Positions 38,775 to 49,526 of a stretch of DNA of 49,796 nt are shown here, one piece after another; the stretch's first letter is position 1; each line of letters opens with the position of its first letter. The notes beneath the pieces were generated by a model. It ran no database searches, was not told the origin of the DNA, and saw only the letters and a program-made list of their open reading frames with translations. The position numbers and the translations under genes are program-made. The stretch covers positions 1 through 49,796 of the forward strand of contig CAZIPG010000002.1 in assembly GCA_964540955.1 (NCBI GenBank), in the 5' to 3' direction. The stretch comes from an uncultured Rheinheimera sp. Lineage in GTDB: Bacteria > Pseudomonadota > Gammaproteobacteria > Enterobacterales > Alteromonadaceae.

Positions 38775-40343
38775 ATGACTGCAGCAAGTTCTACTGAAAA
38801 ACAAAGCTGGCTTAACCGCAGCCTCAACACCATTGAGCGGGTGGGTAATAAACTGCCTGATCCTGCGTTGTTGTTTGCCCTCTTTATGGTCGCCGTTTGG
38901 GTCATTTCTTGGGCACTCTCGGGGATCCAATTTGATGAAATTGACCCACGCAGTGGCCAACCGATCCAAATTATTAATTTGCTCGATGGCACAGCCTTTA
39001 CTGCGTTTATGGCGAAATTGGTGCAAACCTTTGTCAACTTCCCACCCCTAGGTGTGGTACTCGTGGCGATGCTTGGCCTGGGTGTTGCCGAATACACCGG
39101 GTTTATTAATGCGGGCCTGCGTTCAATTTTGAATGTTACCCCCAAAATGCTGTTAACGCCTGTATTGGTCGCGGTTGGTAGTTTAAGCCACGTTGCTGTT
39201 GATGCTGGTTACGTGCTGGTTATTCCTCTTGGCGCAGTCATTTTCTATGCCGCAGGCCGTCACCCGCTGGCAGGGATTGCAGCGGCATTTGCTGGTGTTT
39301 CTGGGGGCTTCTCGGCTTCACTGTTCATCCCGAGCAGTTTAGACCCACTGTTAGCGGGCTTAACGCAAGCGTCTGCCCGTTTATCGGCCAACCCTGCGGC
39401 GGCTGACATGGTGATTAACCCACTGAATAACTTCTACTTCACCTCGGCCTCAGCAATTTTAATTGTGTTGATTGGCTGGTTTTTGACCGACAAAGTGATT
39501 GAACCCCGTTTGAAAAACACTGCGGTGGATGGCGATCCAGCAAGTTTACCCACCATGGACCCGTTACAAGCCAACGAGCGCCGGGGTTTACGTTTTGCGA
39601 TGTTGTCGATGTTCGTCACCGCCGCTTTAGTGATTGTCAGCGCAATGCCTGAGACTTCAGCATGGCGTGGAACCGATGGCACCTTAACGCATGGCACTGC
39701 ACCAATGATGCAGTCCATCGTGGCATTGATTTTGGTATTCTTCTTAGTGCCAGGCATTGTCTATGGTTACGCATCAGGCAGTGTGAAAACCCATCGGGAT
39801 ATTGTGCAAGGCATGAGCAAGGCCATGAGCGGCATGGGCTATTACATTGTTATGGCGTTCTTCTGTGCCCAATTTATTTACGCTTTCGGTCAGTCTAACT
39901 TAGGCGCATTGTTGGCAATTAAAGGCGCTGGCGCGCTGAAAGAGATGGCGTTGCCTCTTGGTGTCACCTTAGTCGGCATTGTGCTTCTGACCGGTTTTGT
40001 CAACTTATTGGTCGGTTCTGCGTCAGCAAAATGGGCATTAATTGGCGCCATTATGGTGCCAATGTTGATGGAATTGGGCGTTTCACCGGATCTAACTCAA
40101 GCCGCTTATCGTGTCGGTGATTCCTCCACCAACATCATCACGCCGTTGATGCCGTATTTCCCACTGATTGTGGTGTTCTGCCAAAAATATGTGAAATCAA
40201 CGGGCATTGGTACCCTGATCGCCTTGATGCTGCCCTTCTCGATTAGCTTATTGACCCTATGGACGCTGTTCTTGCTGGGTTTCTGGTTCTTCGAAATCCC
40301 ATTAGGCATTGGCGCAAGCTATACCTTCCCTGCGGGCATGTAA
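38775..40343 (+). CDS. AbgT-family transporter (p-aminobenzoyl-glutamate / antimetabolite)
   Basis: IERVGNKLPDP..LF, GRHPLAGIAAAFAGVSGGFSA, GSASAKWA, AYRVGDSSTNIITPLMPYFP; AAGGA RBS before ATG 38775. Confidence 0.93.
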   Translation: MTAASSTEKQSWLNRSLNTIERVGNKLPDPALLFALFMVAVWVISWALSGIQFDEIDPRSGQPIQIINLLDGTAFTAFMAKLVQTFVNFPPLGVVLVAMLGLGVAEYTGFINAGLRSILNVTPKMLLTPVLVAVGSLSHVAVDAGYVLVIPLGAVIFYAAGRHPLAGIAAAFAGVSGGFSASLFIPSSLDPLLAGLTQASARLSANPAAADMVINPLNNFYFTSASAILIVLIGWFLTDKVIEPRLKNTAVDGDPASLPTMDPLQANERRGLRFAMLSMFVTAALVIVSAMPETSAWRGTDGTLTHGTAPMMQSIVALILVFFLVPGIVYGYASGSVKTHRDIVQGMSKAMSGMGYYIVMAFFCAQFIYAFGQSNLGALLAIKGAGALKEMALPLGVTLVGIVLLTGFVNLLVGSASAKWALIGAIMVPMLMELGVSPDLTQAAYRVGDSSTNIITPLMPYFPLIVVFCQKYVKSTGIGTLIALMLPFSISLLTLWTLFLLGFWFFEIPLGIGASYTFPAGM

Positions 40344-40370
40344 TTGCGTTGCAGTAACGTCGATTGAAGC

Positions 40371-40395
40371 AAAAAAGGCGCCAAAAGGCGCCTTT
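40371..40395. terminator. Terminator after the AbgT gene
   Basis: AAAAAAGGCGCC-AAAA-GGCGCCTTT. Confidence 0.8.
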
Positions 40396-40559
40396 GTTCT
40401 GATTGCATCACACCTTCAGGGAATTCTTTGCCAATAATCACTGGGTGGATTGTGGGTGGATTGACAAGCGATCTGAAAATATCGAGGATGAGTCATGCGA
40501 CTATGTTTGTCAGCTGCAGTCTCAGCATATCCATCCCACCATTGAACATGAGAAAAACT

Positions 40560-41024
40560 ATGAAAAAAATTGCTATTGTCACCCTCGCACTGTTACTCAG
40601 CAGCCTCAGTCTATCCAGTGTTGCCGGACAAAATTTCGGCCCTAAGTTTGATGCCAGCAACAGCGTGACGGTGCAACAGGTGCTCGCCAAACCCGCAGAG
40701 TTTTTAGCGAAGCCTTTCGCAGTGCAAGGCAAAATTGACGCCGTTTGTCAGAAAAAAGGCTGCTGGATGCAATTTGAAACTGCGGCGGATCAACCCACCT
40801 TTCGCTTAAAAGTAAAAGATGGCGACATGGTGTTTCCAGTCAGTGCAAAAGGGAAAACAGCGTATGCTTATGGCTCACTGAAAGCGAAGCCGATGAGTTT
40901 AGAACAGACCAAAACCTATCTGAAACATCGAGCAGAGGAACAGGGTGAAACTTTTGATGCTGCAGCGGTCACAAACGCCATCACACTTTATCAATTTGAA
41001 CCCACGTCCGTGCAAATTGAATAA
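40560..41024 (+). CDS. DUF4920-like exported protein
   Basis: Signal peptide MKKIAIV..SVA; VCQKKGCWM motif; RLKVKDGDMVFP. Confidence 0.8.
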   Translation: MKKIAIVTLALLLSSLSLSSVAGQNFGPKFDASNSVTVQQVLAKPAEFLAKPFAVQGKIDAVCQKKGCWMQFETAADQPTFRLKVKDGDMVFPVSAKGKTAYAYGSLKAKPMSLEQTKTYLKHRAEEQGETFDAAAVTNAITLYQFEPTSVQIE

Positions 41025-41034
41025 GCGCAATGTT

Positions 41035-41068
41035 TGCTTTAGATGCAGGACTGCTTTAGATTCAGGAC
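41035..41068. repeat. 2 x 17-bp tandem repeat
   Basis: TGCTTTAGATGCAGGAC / TGCTTTAGATTCAGGAC. Confidence 0.85.
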
Positions 41069-41139
41069 AGCCACTCTTTGCCCTTACCCATTCGTTCGAA
41101 AAAGTGGCTGTCCAAGATCAAGATCCATAGAATAACCTT

Positions 41140-42168
41140 TCACGCGCTTGCGAGCATCGGATAAGTGAATAAGGTGATGTGCACCAGATTCAGCGCGGCG
41201 TGGGCCACAATCGCAACTTCTATCCGACCACTGCGTTGGTATGCCCAGCCATAGCCAATACTGGCAACAGTGGCAACCAAGGCGTAAGCCCAGCCACCCG
41301 CGAGATGTGCCAAACCGAATAAAAGACTGACAGCCCCAATAGCCACCCAAGCGGCGGCATGAGTGTTTTGCCAGCGCTGACTTAGCCAATGCCAAAGTGG
41401 CCGTTGCAGCAAACCACGGAAAAACGCTTCTTCGGCCACACAAGTCAGCAGCAAGTTGCAAAAGATAAATTGCAACGCAAAATCTGGCCATTTCGGGGCA
41501 AATTGCAGCAATTGTAAGCTCAGAGCTAACCCTAAAGCACCGAATAAGGTCAATGGCCACACTGGCCAGAATCCAAGCCAATACAGACTTGCTAAATTTT
41601 TCGGGCTTTGTTGTCTATCCGCTTGGTTTTGGCCTGGGCTTGGGCTTGAGTTTTGGCTTGGCCAAATCGCTAGCAGCAAGCAATACCCAGCCCAACCTTT
41701 GTCGAAATTGGCATAGAGGGTGTAAGGAATAGCATCGGGCGTCAACTGCCTCGCCTCAACCAGCAGCGGATTGCTAAAACCAGGGATGAGATGCAACGCC
41801 CCCGCAAGTGCCATCAGCGCCAGGACCACAAAGCCAATACTGCGGCTCACCATAGATGCTTGGGGAAGATGGAGCCAAAGAGCTAACAACAGCAATAAAA
41901 CGCACCAAAGCGCAGCGCCAAACGTGAGTAAAGACGTCCAAATTGCGATGGCTAAGGCAAGGGCTGCAAACACCAATGAGTAAATTGGCAATCGAAATGG
42001 CTGACCCGAGTTTATTAGAGCCAAAGGTGTAGTCTTGTTACTGGCTTCAGTCAAGCAATGACCGTTCGCGTCATTCTGATGTTGACGCGGCTTGTTTCTT
42101 AACACGAGTCCGATGCTACACATCGCAAGAGCCAGCGCCAAAAACGCAAAAACCGTAAAAAAAGTCAT
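41140..42168 (-). CDS. CPBP (CAAX protease/Abi) intramembrane glutamic endopeptidase
   Basis: EEAFFRG, FGLAH and HAALN motifs; multiple TMs. Confidence 0.9.
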   Translation of the reverse strand: MTFFTVFAFLALALAMCSIGLVLRNKPRQHQNDANGHCLTEASNKTTPLALINSGQPFRLPIYSLVFAALALAIAIWTSLLTFGAALWCVLLLLLALWLHLPQASMVSRSIGFVVLALMALAGALHLIPGFSNPLLVEARQLTPDAIPYTLYANFDKGWAGYCLLLAIWPSQNSSPSPGQNQADRQQSPKNLASLYWLGFWPVWPLTLFGALGLALSLQLLQFAPKWPDFALQFIFCNLLLTCVAEEAFFRGLLQRPLWHWLSQRWQNTHAAAWVAIGAVSLLFGLAHLAGGWAYALVATVASIGYGWAYQRSGRIEVAIVAHAALNLVHITLFTYPMLASA

Positions 42169-42220
42169 CCGCTTGTTCCTTCAATCGGAGGGTTATTGGG
42201 GCAGATCTTTAACGTGGAAA

Positions 42221-42246
42221 AATCAATGACTCTGACCCTATTGATT
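42221..42246. repeat. REP-like 26-bp element, overlapping the kinase stop codon
   Basis: AATCAATGACTCTGACCCTATTGATT, 25/26 identical to 49700-49725. Confidence 0.85.
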
Positions 42247-43620
42247 TTGCCATGGAAATGTTAAAACAACTGCCAACCCAGGAGGTTGATTGCGAAGTTC
42301 TAAACTACCGCCATGGGACTCCATAATATCGCGACACAACGCAAGGCCGATACCACTCCCTTGCTGTTTGGTGGTATAGAACGGCAGCATGGCATGACTA
42401 AACACTTCCTCCGTCATCCCCCCCGCATCATCCTGTAACACCAACTGCAAGCATTGGCTGGATTCATCAATTTTGAGCACAGTGCCTTCTGCACTGGCGC
42501 CTGCCTCTTTGGCATTTTTCAATAAATTTAACAACAACTGGCTTAACTGCCCGCTGTCGATTAACCAAGCCCGCTTGGGGAGATCGCCGACTAATTCAAA
42601 CTCCACATAATCTTGCAATTGATTGATCAAATTCGCCCAAGCCACAGGCGCACGCACTGGAGGCGGCAACCGAGCAAACGCTAAATACCCTTGTAAAAAC
42701 TGATTCAATTGCTGGCTACGCTCGGCTAAATGAGCCAGTATGCGTGCCAGTTGCACCTGCCACTCACTGGGTTCGGCTTGCTGGGTACTAGGCTGCTCTG
42801 GCAAATCCACACCGCGATGTTGTTGTAATAATTTACTGCCGGAAAACGCCAAACTCGACATTGGCGCCAAGCTGTTATTCAACTCATGCCCAATGACCCG
42901 CAGCAGTTTTTTCCAAGCTTTGATTTCTTCGCGTTGTAACTCCCGTGTCATCGGTTTAAACAAATACAACCAATGGTGACGTTGATTGAGCTGAAATTGA
43001 CTAACCGAGACATGCCAGACCGATTCATCGGCTAAATGCACTAAGCCTTGCTGGCGTTGTTGGCAAGCGGTTAATAGCGCTGGGGTTTGCGCTAACACCG
43101 TAAAAAAATCACTACCATCGAATTTATGCTGTTTTGCTAACAAGGCCCGGGAAGCGGGATTACTTAACAACACGCGATGGTTACTGTCGGTGAGCACTAA
43201 GCCCGATGGGTTGGTTTGTAAGACGGTATCTAACAATAATTCTCGTTGATAAAGGCCAGCGCGTTGCTGCGCGAGCTCTTGCGCCATCTGATTCAGCGCA
43301 TCCCCCAACGGCGCTAACTCAAATAACAATTGTTGATTAGCAGCCAAGTTAAAACTCTGATCGCGAAGGCTATCCGCTTGAATATTGAGCGCTTGGATTT
43401 GCTGTTCAAGCCGCTTGAGCCAACGCCACAAAAGCATGATCCCCAGAGTGACCGCACTAAACAACAAAACCAACCAGCTCTGCCATGGCAGATTTGGCCA
43501 GACCCACCACAACAGCAATCCGCCGCTAAACGTGGCTAGCAACAGCGCCAAAAGCCCAAGCAATAATCGACGGGTTAACGGTGCTGCAGGCACTGCTGGG
43601 TTATTCGAGGGTGATGCCAT
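42238..43620 (-). CDS. Sensor histidine kinase (2 TM-HAMP-PAS-HisKA-HATPase, NtrY/NtrB-like)
   Basis: WKKLLRVIGHELNNSLAPM; NLLKNAKEA; PFYTTKQQGSGIGL. Start ATG 43620 with GGAG. Confidence 0.92.
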   Translation of the reverse strand: MASPSNNPAVPAAPLTRRLLLGLLALLLATFSGGLLLWWVWPNLPWQSWLVLLFSAVTLGIMLLWRWLKRLEQQIQALNIQADSLRDQSFNLAANQQLLFELAPLGDALNQMAQELAQQRAGLYQRELLLDTVLQTNPSGLVLTDSNHRVLLSNPASRALLAKQHKFDGSDFFTVLAQTPALLTACQQRQQGLVHLADESVWHVSVSQFQLNQRHHWLYLFKPMTRELQREEIKAWKKLLRVIGHELNNSLAPMSSLAFSGSKLLQQHRGVDLPEQPSTQQAEPSEWQVQLARILAHLAERSQQLNQFLQGYLAFARLPPPVRAPVAWANLINQLQDYVEFELVGDLPKRAWLIDSGQLSQLLLNLLKNAKEAGASAEGTVLKIDESSQCLQLVLQDDAGGMTEEVFSHAMLPFYTTKQQGSGIGLALCRDIMESHGGSLELRNQPPGLAVVLTFPWQNQ

Positions 43621-44953
43621 AAAACTCCATGCGCCGATATAAGGCTTGGCGAGTGATGCCCAGAGATTTCGCCGCCCGCGAAACAACGCCTGCACTGTCA
43701 GCCAATGCCTGAGTGATTGCCTCGCGGCTGATGTCATCTAAGCTGCGCTCTTTTTTCTCAAGGCTCGGCACAGGGCTCTGCGACTGACCAGGCAAATTGA
43801 GATCGGCTACGGTAATCTCGTTGCTTTGCGCCAACAAAGCCGCGCGCTGACAGACATTTTGTAACTCCCGCACATTGCCAGGCCAAGGGTAAGCCACTAA
43901 GGCCTGCTGCGCTGCATGGGTCAGGATTTTATCTTTCGCTAAAAAATGCCGTGCCAACGGCAAAATATCATCCACTCGCTGCTGCAACGGCGCTAAATGC
44001 AGCTCCACCACGTTTAAGCGATAGTACAAATCTTGCCGAAAACGGCCTTGAGCAATCGCAGCGACTAAATCAGCGTTCGTGGCGGAGACGAGGCGCACAT
44101 CGACTTTGCGGGTTTGACTTGAGCCTAAGCGCTCAAACTCCCCCGTTTGCAGCACGCGCAATAGCTTCATTTGGCCCGACAGCGACAAATTGCCAATTTC
44201 ATCGAGAAATAGCGTACCGCCGTCAGCGGCTTCAAAACGACCAATCCGAGTCTTCGTCAGGCCGGTGTATGCGCCGACTTCGGCACCGAATAACTCAGCT
44301 TCCATCAAATCGGTGGGCAAAGCGCCCATATTCACTTTGATGAACGGTTGTCGACGCCGCGTAGAATTGGCATGCAACACTTGGGCGATCCCTTCCTTAC
44401 CAGTGCCATTTTCGCCGGTAATCAGCACAGCGGCTTGGGTAGGGGCCAGCTGCAACGCCATCTGAAGCACCTGCTCCATCTTCGTTGAAGCAAACACCAA
44501 ACCACATAAATCTTTGCCTTGAAACTGGGCTTTGCGCTCTTGCTCACGCGCAGCGAGTTGTTGCTGTTGCTGCCTCACCGCACCAAGTTGCAGCATGGTG
44601 TTGACTGTTGTTAGCAACCGCTGATCATCCCATGGTTTCGCGATGTAATCTGCGGCCCCAGCTTTGACTAACTCCACCACCATGTCGAGCGATGCCCAAG
44701 CAGTCATCAAGATGATGGGCAATTCAGGCCGGCTCTGTTTGATTTGATAAAACAAAGCACGCCCCTGCTCGCCGCTCATCTCGCCTTTGGCAAAATTCAT
44801 ATCTTGCAGCACTAAATCGATAGGCTGCGTCAGCAATGTCGGTACTTGCGACAGTTGGCTGGCACAAATAACCTGATGCCCCTCTAAGTGGAATAGCGTC
44901 TGCAGTGCATGCAGCACTGCAGCATTGTCATCAATGACCAGAATCGTTGCCAT
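43601..44953 (-). CDS. Sigma54-dependent response regulator (NtrC family, REC-AAA+-HTH)
   Basis: VIDD...QDMNF; GENGTGKE; ELFGAEVGAYTG (GAFTGA variant); LFLDEIG; WPGNVRELQN; Fis HTH. Confidence 0.95.
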   Translation of the reverse strand: MATILVIDDNAAVLHALQTLFHLEGHQVICASQLSQVPTLLTQPIDLVLQDMNFAKGEMSGEQGRALFYQIKQSRPELPIILMTAWASLDMVVELVKAGAADYIAKPWDDQRLLTTVNTMLQLGAVRQQQQQLAAREQERKAQFQGKDLCGLVFASTKMEQVLQMALQLAPTQAAVLITGENGTGKEGIAQVLHANSTRRRQPFIKVNMGALPTDLMEAELFGAEVGAYTGLTKTRIGRFEAADGGTLFLDEIGNLSLSGQMKLLRVLQTGEFERLGSSQTRKVDVRLVSATNADLVAAIAQGRFRQDLYYRLNVVELHLAPLQQRVDDILPLARHFLAKDKILTHAAQQALVAYPWPGNVRELQNVCQRAALLAQSNEITVADLNLPGQSQSPVPSLEKKERSLDDISREAITQALADSAGVVSRAAKSLGITRQALYRRMEFYGITLE

Positions 44954-44956
44954 AAT

Positions 44957-46153
44957 TTACAAAGTCTTCGTCGCTGTCGCTGGCGATACCCATGTCGCAA
45001 TTCTTGCAGGATACCATGTTGCCACCGTGACACAACCTATTAACACCAGCATCGCGGCAACAGGTAACCATAATGCCATGGCTGGCATACTAATCACTTG
45101 GGCTAAAGCTTGATTGAGCCCCACAGCGCATAACATCCCGAGCAAACAGCCAAAGGCGGTAGTGAGCCAATTTTCACTGAGTAACTCCATGAAAATCATT
45201 TGCTTGCTGGCTCCTAACGCCCGCTTGATGCCAATTTCTTGCTGCATTTTCTGCGCATGGAAAAACGCATTGCTGTAACTGGAAACCATCGCCACAATCA
45301 GCATCAATATGGCCAAAACGGTGAGTAACGTTGCGAGTCCGCGTTCGTTAGCATACAGCGTATTATGTTTATCACGCAGCGAACGGACTTGACCGATTTC
45401 AACATTGCCGTCGACCCCGCGGATCACGTCAGGCAACTGTTGCATCAACTGACTGAGCTGCGCTGGTTGCACCCGCACCAACATGACATAACCCCAGTCG
45501 GCAGTCGGCATTTGGGTCACAAACATCAAATTGTAATTGATATCTGAAGCAAACCGCTGGCCATGAAAGTCACCAACCACCGCAGCCACACGGCCACGAC
45601 TGGTTTGTTTACCAATCACATCGGTGCGACCAAACACTTTTTTCGCCAAGCTTTCCGTGAGCACGACCCCATTATCTGTATTGGGATCAAAGGTCGCTGG
45701 CATCGCAGGCCACTCTCCTAGCAGGACGTCAACCCCGAGCACTTTGAGATAATCTGCGCTAACAAAATTATTCGTCACTGTCTCGACATTGGTGGTGTCT
45801 TGATGGTCTACATCATAAAGATTTCCGTTACTGCCCCCAAATTCCAGCGTTGATTGGTTGGAAATCGCCACATTAACCACACCATTGACTTGGCGCACCG
45901 CAGCGACTTGGCGCTCGATAAAGTCGTGCAGCGCTGGAGGCTGCCGTTCACTGGCGACCGTTGGTTTCATCCGAAGGACAATCACTTCATCCAGCGGCAT
46001 CCCGGTATCCACGTTCAGCAAATTGTGCGCTTGACGCGCTAATAACACCGAATTTACTAACAAGCCTAAGGTCATTGCTAATTGTAGAAACAACAGAATG
46101 GTCACGACTTTGCGACGGAGCAATGACTTCATTAATAATTTCAAGCTCATCAC
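44957..46153 (-). CDS. ABC transporter permease (MacB/FtsX family)
   Basis: TM1, large periplasmic domain, EIGIKRALGAS, WYPA..A..VSPA.A. Confidence 0.9.
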   Translation of the reverse strand: MMSLKLLMKSLLRRKVVTILLFLQLAMTLGLLVNSVLLARQAHNLLNVDTGMPLDEVIVLRMKPTVASERQPPALHDFIERQVAAVRQVNGVVNVAISNQSTLEFGGSNGNLYDVDHQDTTNVETVTNNFVSADYLKVLGVDVLLGEWPAMPATFDPNTDNGVVLTESLAKKVFGRTDVIGKQTSRGRVAAVVGDFHGQRFASDINYNLMFVTQMPTADWGYVMLVRVQPAQLSQLMQQLPDVIRGVDGNVEIGQVRSLRDKHNTLYANERGLATLLTVLAILMLIVAMVSSYSNAFFHAQKMQQEIGIKRALGASKQMIFMELLSENWLTTAFGCLLGMLCAVGLNQALAQVISMPAMALWLPVAAMLVLIGCVTVATWYPARIATWVSPATATKTL

Positions 46154-46160
46154 AGTTCCC

Positions 46161-47459
46161 TCATTTAAGTTGTTGATTCAGCGCCCCAAAGGAAGCACGC
46201 AGCGCAGGATACAAAGTGACCAAATAGGCCGATAACACCGTTAATCCGACCAAGCCTGCAATTAAGGTCAAGTCCCAGTTGGCCATCCGACTATTATCCG
46301 GCAGTAGATGATTCATCAAAGCGATGCCCGCCAGCGCAATCATCAAGGCCATCAACAAAGCCAATCCGGCAGTGACCAAGACATCAGCCAGCATTTGCCC
46401 TTGTAATTGCCAGCGCGAAGCCCCCAGTGCTCGGCGTAAGCTAATTTCATATTGATTCGCGATATAACGATTGAGTGATAAGTGGCTGGCATTAAACAAA
46501 CAGACCAATAGGAATAATGCCGTGACCAAGGCAAAGGCTTTCACTTCTTGCGACTCAGCATCATAGGCTTGCATGATGCCGTCCATCGGATGCAGCAAAT
46601 TGCCATTGGCATTCGGGTGGCGTCCTGCGGCTTTTTCGCTTTGCACCAGATTATCCATAAAATCACGATACTGCTGTTGTTGCGCCAAGGTTGGTAGATG
46701 CACCCACAGCAGCAGTTGATGAATAGCCTTAGTGCGACCATCCGTGGCTAATTTCTGAAAATCCGCATCATCAAACGACTGACTTTGCCGGTTCGATGAG
46801 TAATTTAAGTCATAGGCCGTTTCAAGCGGCAAATACAGATCTGCATCAGGCTCAAGATAACCGCCATGGGCAGGTTCATAAAGCCGCGGAAACATCCCCC
46901 AATGATCGAGGACCGCCACAATTTTGAAATAACGGTCATCCACAATCAGCGATTGGCCAACCACATCCAGGTTGCCAAACATTTTTTCGGCAAACGCCCG
47001 CGTGATAATCACTTCCATTTTGCTGTCGTTATCAGCCCAAATACTTCCCTCCAACACTGGCACCTCGAAAAGACTGAAAAAGTCCCGTTGGGTGACGCGA
47101 ATATTGGCGTGCGTCGCAGGCTGTTTTTCCTGCACTTTGACATAACCCTCTGCGCTGTACATGGCAGCAGCAGCGCTTGGAATATCGGTATTGGTTAATG
47201 CTTTGATATCGCGATAACTCAACACTCTGGGAGCGTTGCAACTTGTGGTGCAGAGATTAGGGTTCGAATTGATGCGAGGATGAAACAGCTGCGCACTTTT
47301 GCCTGGCAGTGGATCATGTTTAAGCCAATAGTAAAAAGTGGCGTTCGCGAAAAACACACCAAGCCCCAGGCTCATGATAAAAATCGTTAAAAAATAAGGC
47401 AGTGGCGCACGTTTAATGCTGATACTGCTGACTTTGAGATAATACAAAAATTGTTCCAT
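46161..47459 (-). CDS. ABC transporter permease (MacB/FtsX family)
   Basis: DPLP, FFSLFEVPVLEG, EISLRRALGASR, YPALRAS; AAGGAG RBS before ATG 47459. Confidence 0.9.
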   Translation of the reverse strand: MEQFLYYLKVSSISIKRAPLPYFLTIFIMSLGLGVFFANATFYYWLKHDPLPGKSAQLFHPRINSNPNLCTTSCNAPRVLSYRDIKALTNTDIPSAAAAMYSAEGYVKVQEKQPATHANIRVTQRDFFSLFEVPVLEGSIWADNDSKMEVIITRAFAEKMFGNLDVVGQSLIVDDRYFKIVAVLDHWGMFPRLYEPAHGGYLEPDADLYLPLETAYDLNYSSNRQSQSFDDADFQKLATDGRTKAIHQLLLWVHLPTLAQQQQYRDFMDNLVQSEKAAGRHPNANGNLLHPMDGIMQAYDAESQEVKAFALVTALFLLVCLFNASHLSLNRYIANQYEISLRRALGASRWQLQGQMLADVLVTAGLALLMALMIALAGIALMNHLLPDNSRMANWDLTLIAGLVGLTVLSAYLVTLYPALRASFGALNQQLK

Positions 47460-47469
47460 CGCCGACTCC

Positions 47470-48162
47470 TTAGGCCACAGCCAGCGGGTCGTACATCGAC
47501 GCATCACTTAACATACCATCGACAATTTGCACTTGACGCGATGCCCGACGGGCTTGATCCGGATCATGCGTCACCATCAAAATAGTACAGCCTTGCGCGT
47601 TGATTTGCTCGAGTAACTCCATTACTTGCCGCGCCATTAATGAATCCAAGTTCCCGGTCGGTTCGTCCGCCAGTAAAATTCGTGGCTGTCCTGCAATTGC
47701 TCTAGCGATGGCCACACGTTGTTGTTGCCCCCCAGACAGTTGGCTTGGGTGATAATCTTTGCGGGCAGCAAGCCCCACTAACTCTAGCGCTTGCTCGACA
47801 CGACGTTTGCGTTCGCTGGCAGCCATCCCCCGATAACGCAAGGGTAATTCAATATTATCGAATAAGCTGTAATCTTTAATTAAATTAAACCCTTGAAAGA
47901 TAAAGCCAATTTTTTCATTGCGCAGCTTCGACAGTTCGCGATCAGACCAGCCTTTGATGGATGTGCCGTCCAATTTGTAATCACCGCCATCAAACCCCTC
48001 TAAAGTGCCCAATACATTTAACAAGGTCGATTTGCCAGAACCTGAAGGCCCGGTTAAAGCGACAAATTCGCCCTCTTTGACTGTTAAATTGATATCTCGT
48101 AGCGCATGGGTCTCAATTAATTCCGTACGAAATACTTTATGAATATTGCTCAGTTCTAACAT
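47470..48162 (-). CDS. ABC transporter ATP-binding protein (MacB/LolD type)
   Basis: GPSGSGKSTLL, RNEKIGFIFQ.FNL, LSGGQQQRVAIARA, ADEPTGNLD. Confidence 0.95.
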   Translation of the reverse strand: MLELSNIHKVFRTELIETHALRDINLTVKEGEFVALTGPSGSGKSTLLNVLGTLEGFDGGDYKLDGTSIKGWSDRELSKLRNEKIGFIFQGFNLIKDYSLFDNIELPLRYRGMAASERKRRVEQALELVGLAARKDYHPSQLSGGQQQRVAIARAIAGQPRILLADEPTGNLDSLMARQVMELLEQINAQGCTILMVTHDPDQARRASRQVQIVDGMLSDASMYDPLAVA

Positions 48163-48209
48163 GGTAAAGTCCTTGTTCCTGTTCTATCTATTTGAAATTG
48201 CAAAATGAT

Positions 48210-49478
48210 TTAGTTCAAGCGCACCCGCTCGGCATCTTTAAATTCACTGAGGTTGGATATCACCAGCTCATCGCCAACCTGAGCCCCAGAAATCAGCTCG
48301 ACCCATTGCACAGACAAAGCCCCCACCTCAATGGGTACCCGTACCGCAACATCGCCTTGCATTTTGTAAGCACTGCGACCACCTCCACTGGCGAGAAAAT
48401 CACCGCGGGCAACTTTTAACACGTTCTTGCGCTCATCAAACACAATGCGCGCCGACACCCGTTGGTTTTGCCGCAGCGCCTTGGCATCCTGTGCCGAAAA
48501 CCGCACGCGAGCTGTGACAATCGCATCTTTCACTTCAGCGGCCACGGTACTAAGAGTGCCGCGTAATTGCTGGCCATTAATGCTGACATCGACGCTCAAA
48601 CCCGGCGCTAGTTCAGAGGTATAACTTTCAGGAATTTGCAGCTCGGCTTCAAATTGGCTTAAGTCGATGACAGTGAGTAGGCCCTGGCCTGCTTGTACTT
48701 GGCTTTGTTGTGGGGCTAACCAGTTGCCCACTTGTCCGGTGGCAGGGGCTTTGATTTGCAGGGCATCCAACTTGCGGGTGAGCTCAGCCACAACCAACTT
48801 TTGCCGCTCCACCGCTTGCTCACCCGACTGTTGTTCAAACTTCAATTGATCCTTCGCCAGTTGTACTTTGGCTTTGGCATGTTGAAATTCCAACTCAGCT
48901 TGCAGCAATTTGTCATTGGCAATATCGAGATCTAATTGCCGGATCACTCCCAACTTGATGGACATCTCCGCGCGCGCTAACTCACGCTTGGCGGCTTGCA
49001 GATTCACTTGCGCGGTATTTTGCAGTTGCTGCATATCCAGTTCTTGCTCGCGTGCGGTTAGTTTGGCGCGTTCATGTTCACTGGCCAGCGATAAAAATAG
49101 GGCTTGTTGTTGCTTGACCTCGTTTTCCAGCGAAGGAGAGTCAATCACTGCCAACAATTCGCCCAAAGTGACCGCCTCGCCCGGTTGTTTGACAAACCGG
49201 ACTAAACCATCCTGCTGGCTGACCATGGTCGGGGCATTGGCGGCAACAACTTTGCCCTGCACCTGCAAGTCACGGATAAAATCGCCTCGCTCAACCTTGG
49301 CCGTTTGCACCTGTTGCCTTGGCACCACTAGGGAAGCTTGGGCGCCCGAGTTGAACATCAGCAGATAACTGCCATATAACAAGCCACTGATCGACAGTAA
49401 GCCAATTACCATGGTTTTCACTGATTTGTGCGAGGTTGGCGTGAGCGCAATATCCTGGCCTTCAGTCCCTTTAATCAT
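48210..49478 (-). CDS. Periplasmic adaptor / membrane fusion protein (HlyD/MacA family)
   Basis: N-terminal TM, coiled-coil hairpin, IKAPATGQV, LRQNQRVSARI, VELISG...GDELVIS. Confidence 0.92.
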   Translation of the reverse strand: MIKGTEGQDIALTPTSHKSVKTMVIGLLSISGLLYGSYLLMFNSGAQASLVVPRQQVQTAKVERGDFIRDLQVQGKVVAANAPTMVSQQDGLVRFVKQPGEAVTLGELLAVIDSPSLENEVKQQQALFLSLASEHERAKLTAREQELDMQQLQNTAQVNLQAAKRELARAEMSIKLGVIRQLDLDIANDKLLQAELEFQHAKAKVQLAKDQLKFEQQSGEQAVERQKLVVAELTRKLDALQIKAPATGQVGNWLAPQQSQVQAGQGLLTVIDLSQFEAELQIPESYTSELAPGLSVDVSINGQQLRGTLSTVAAEVKDAIVTARVRFSAQDAKALRQNQRVSARIVFDERKNVLKVARGDFLASGGGRSAYKMQGDVAVRVPIEVGALSVQWVELISGAQVGDELVISNLSEFKDAERVRLN

Positions 49479-49526
49479 CTACATTACTCCGGACATATCT
49501 AAAAAACGATTCGATACACCAGACAA

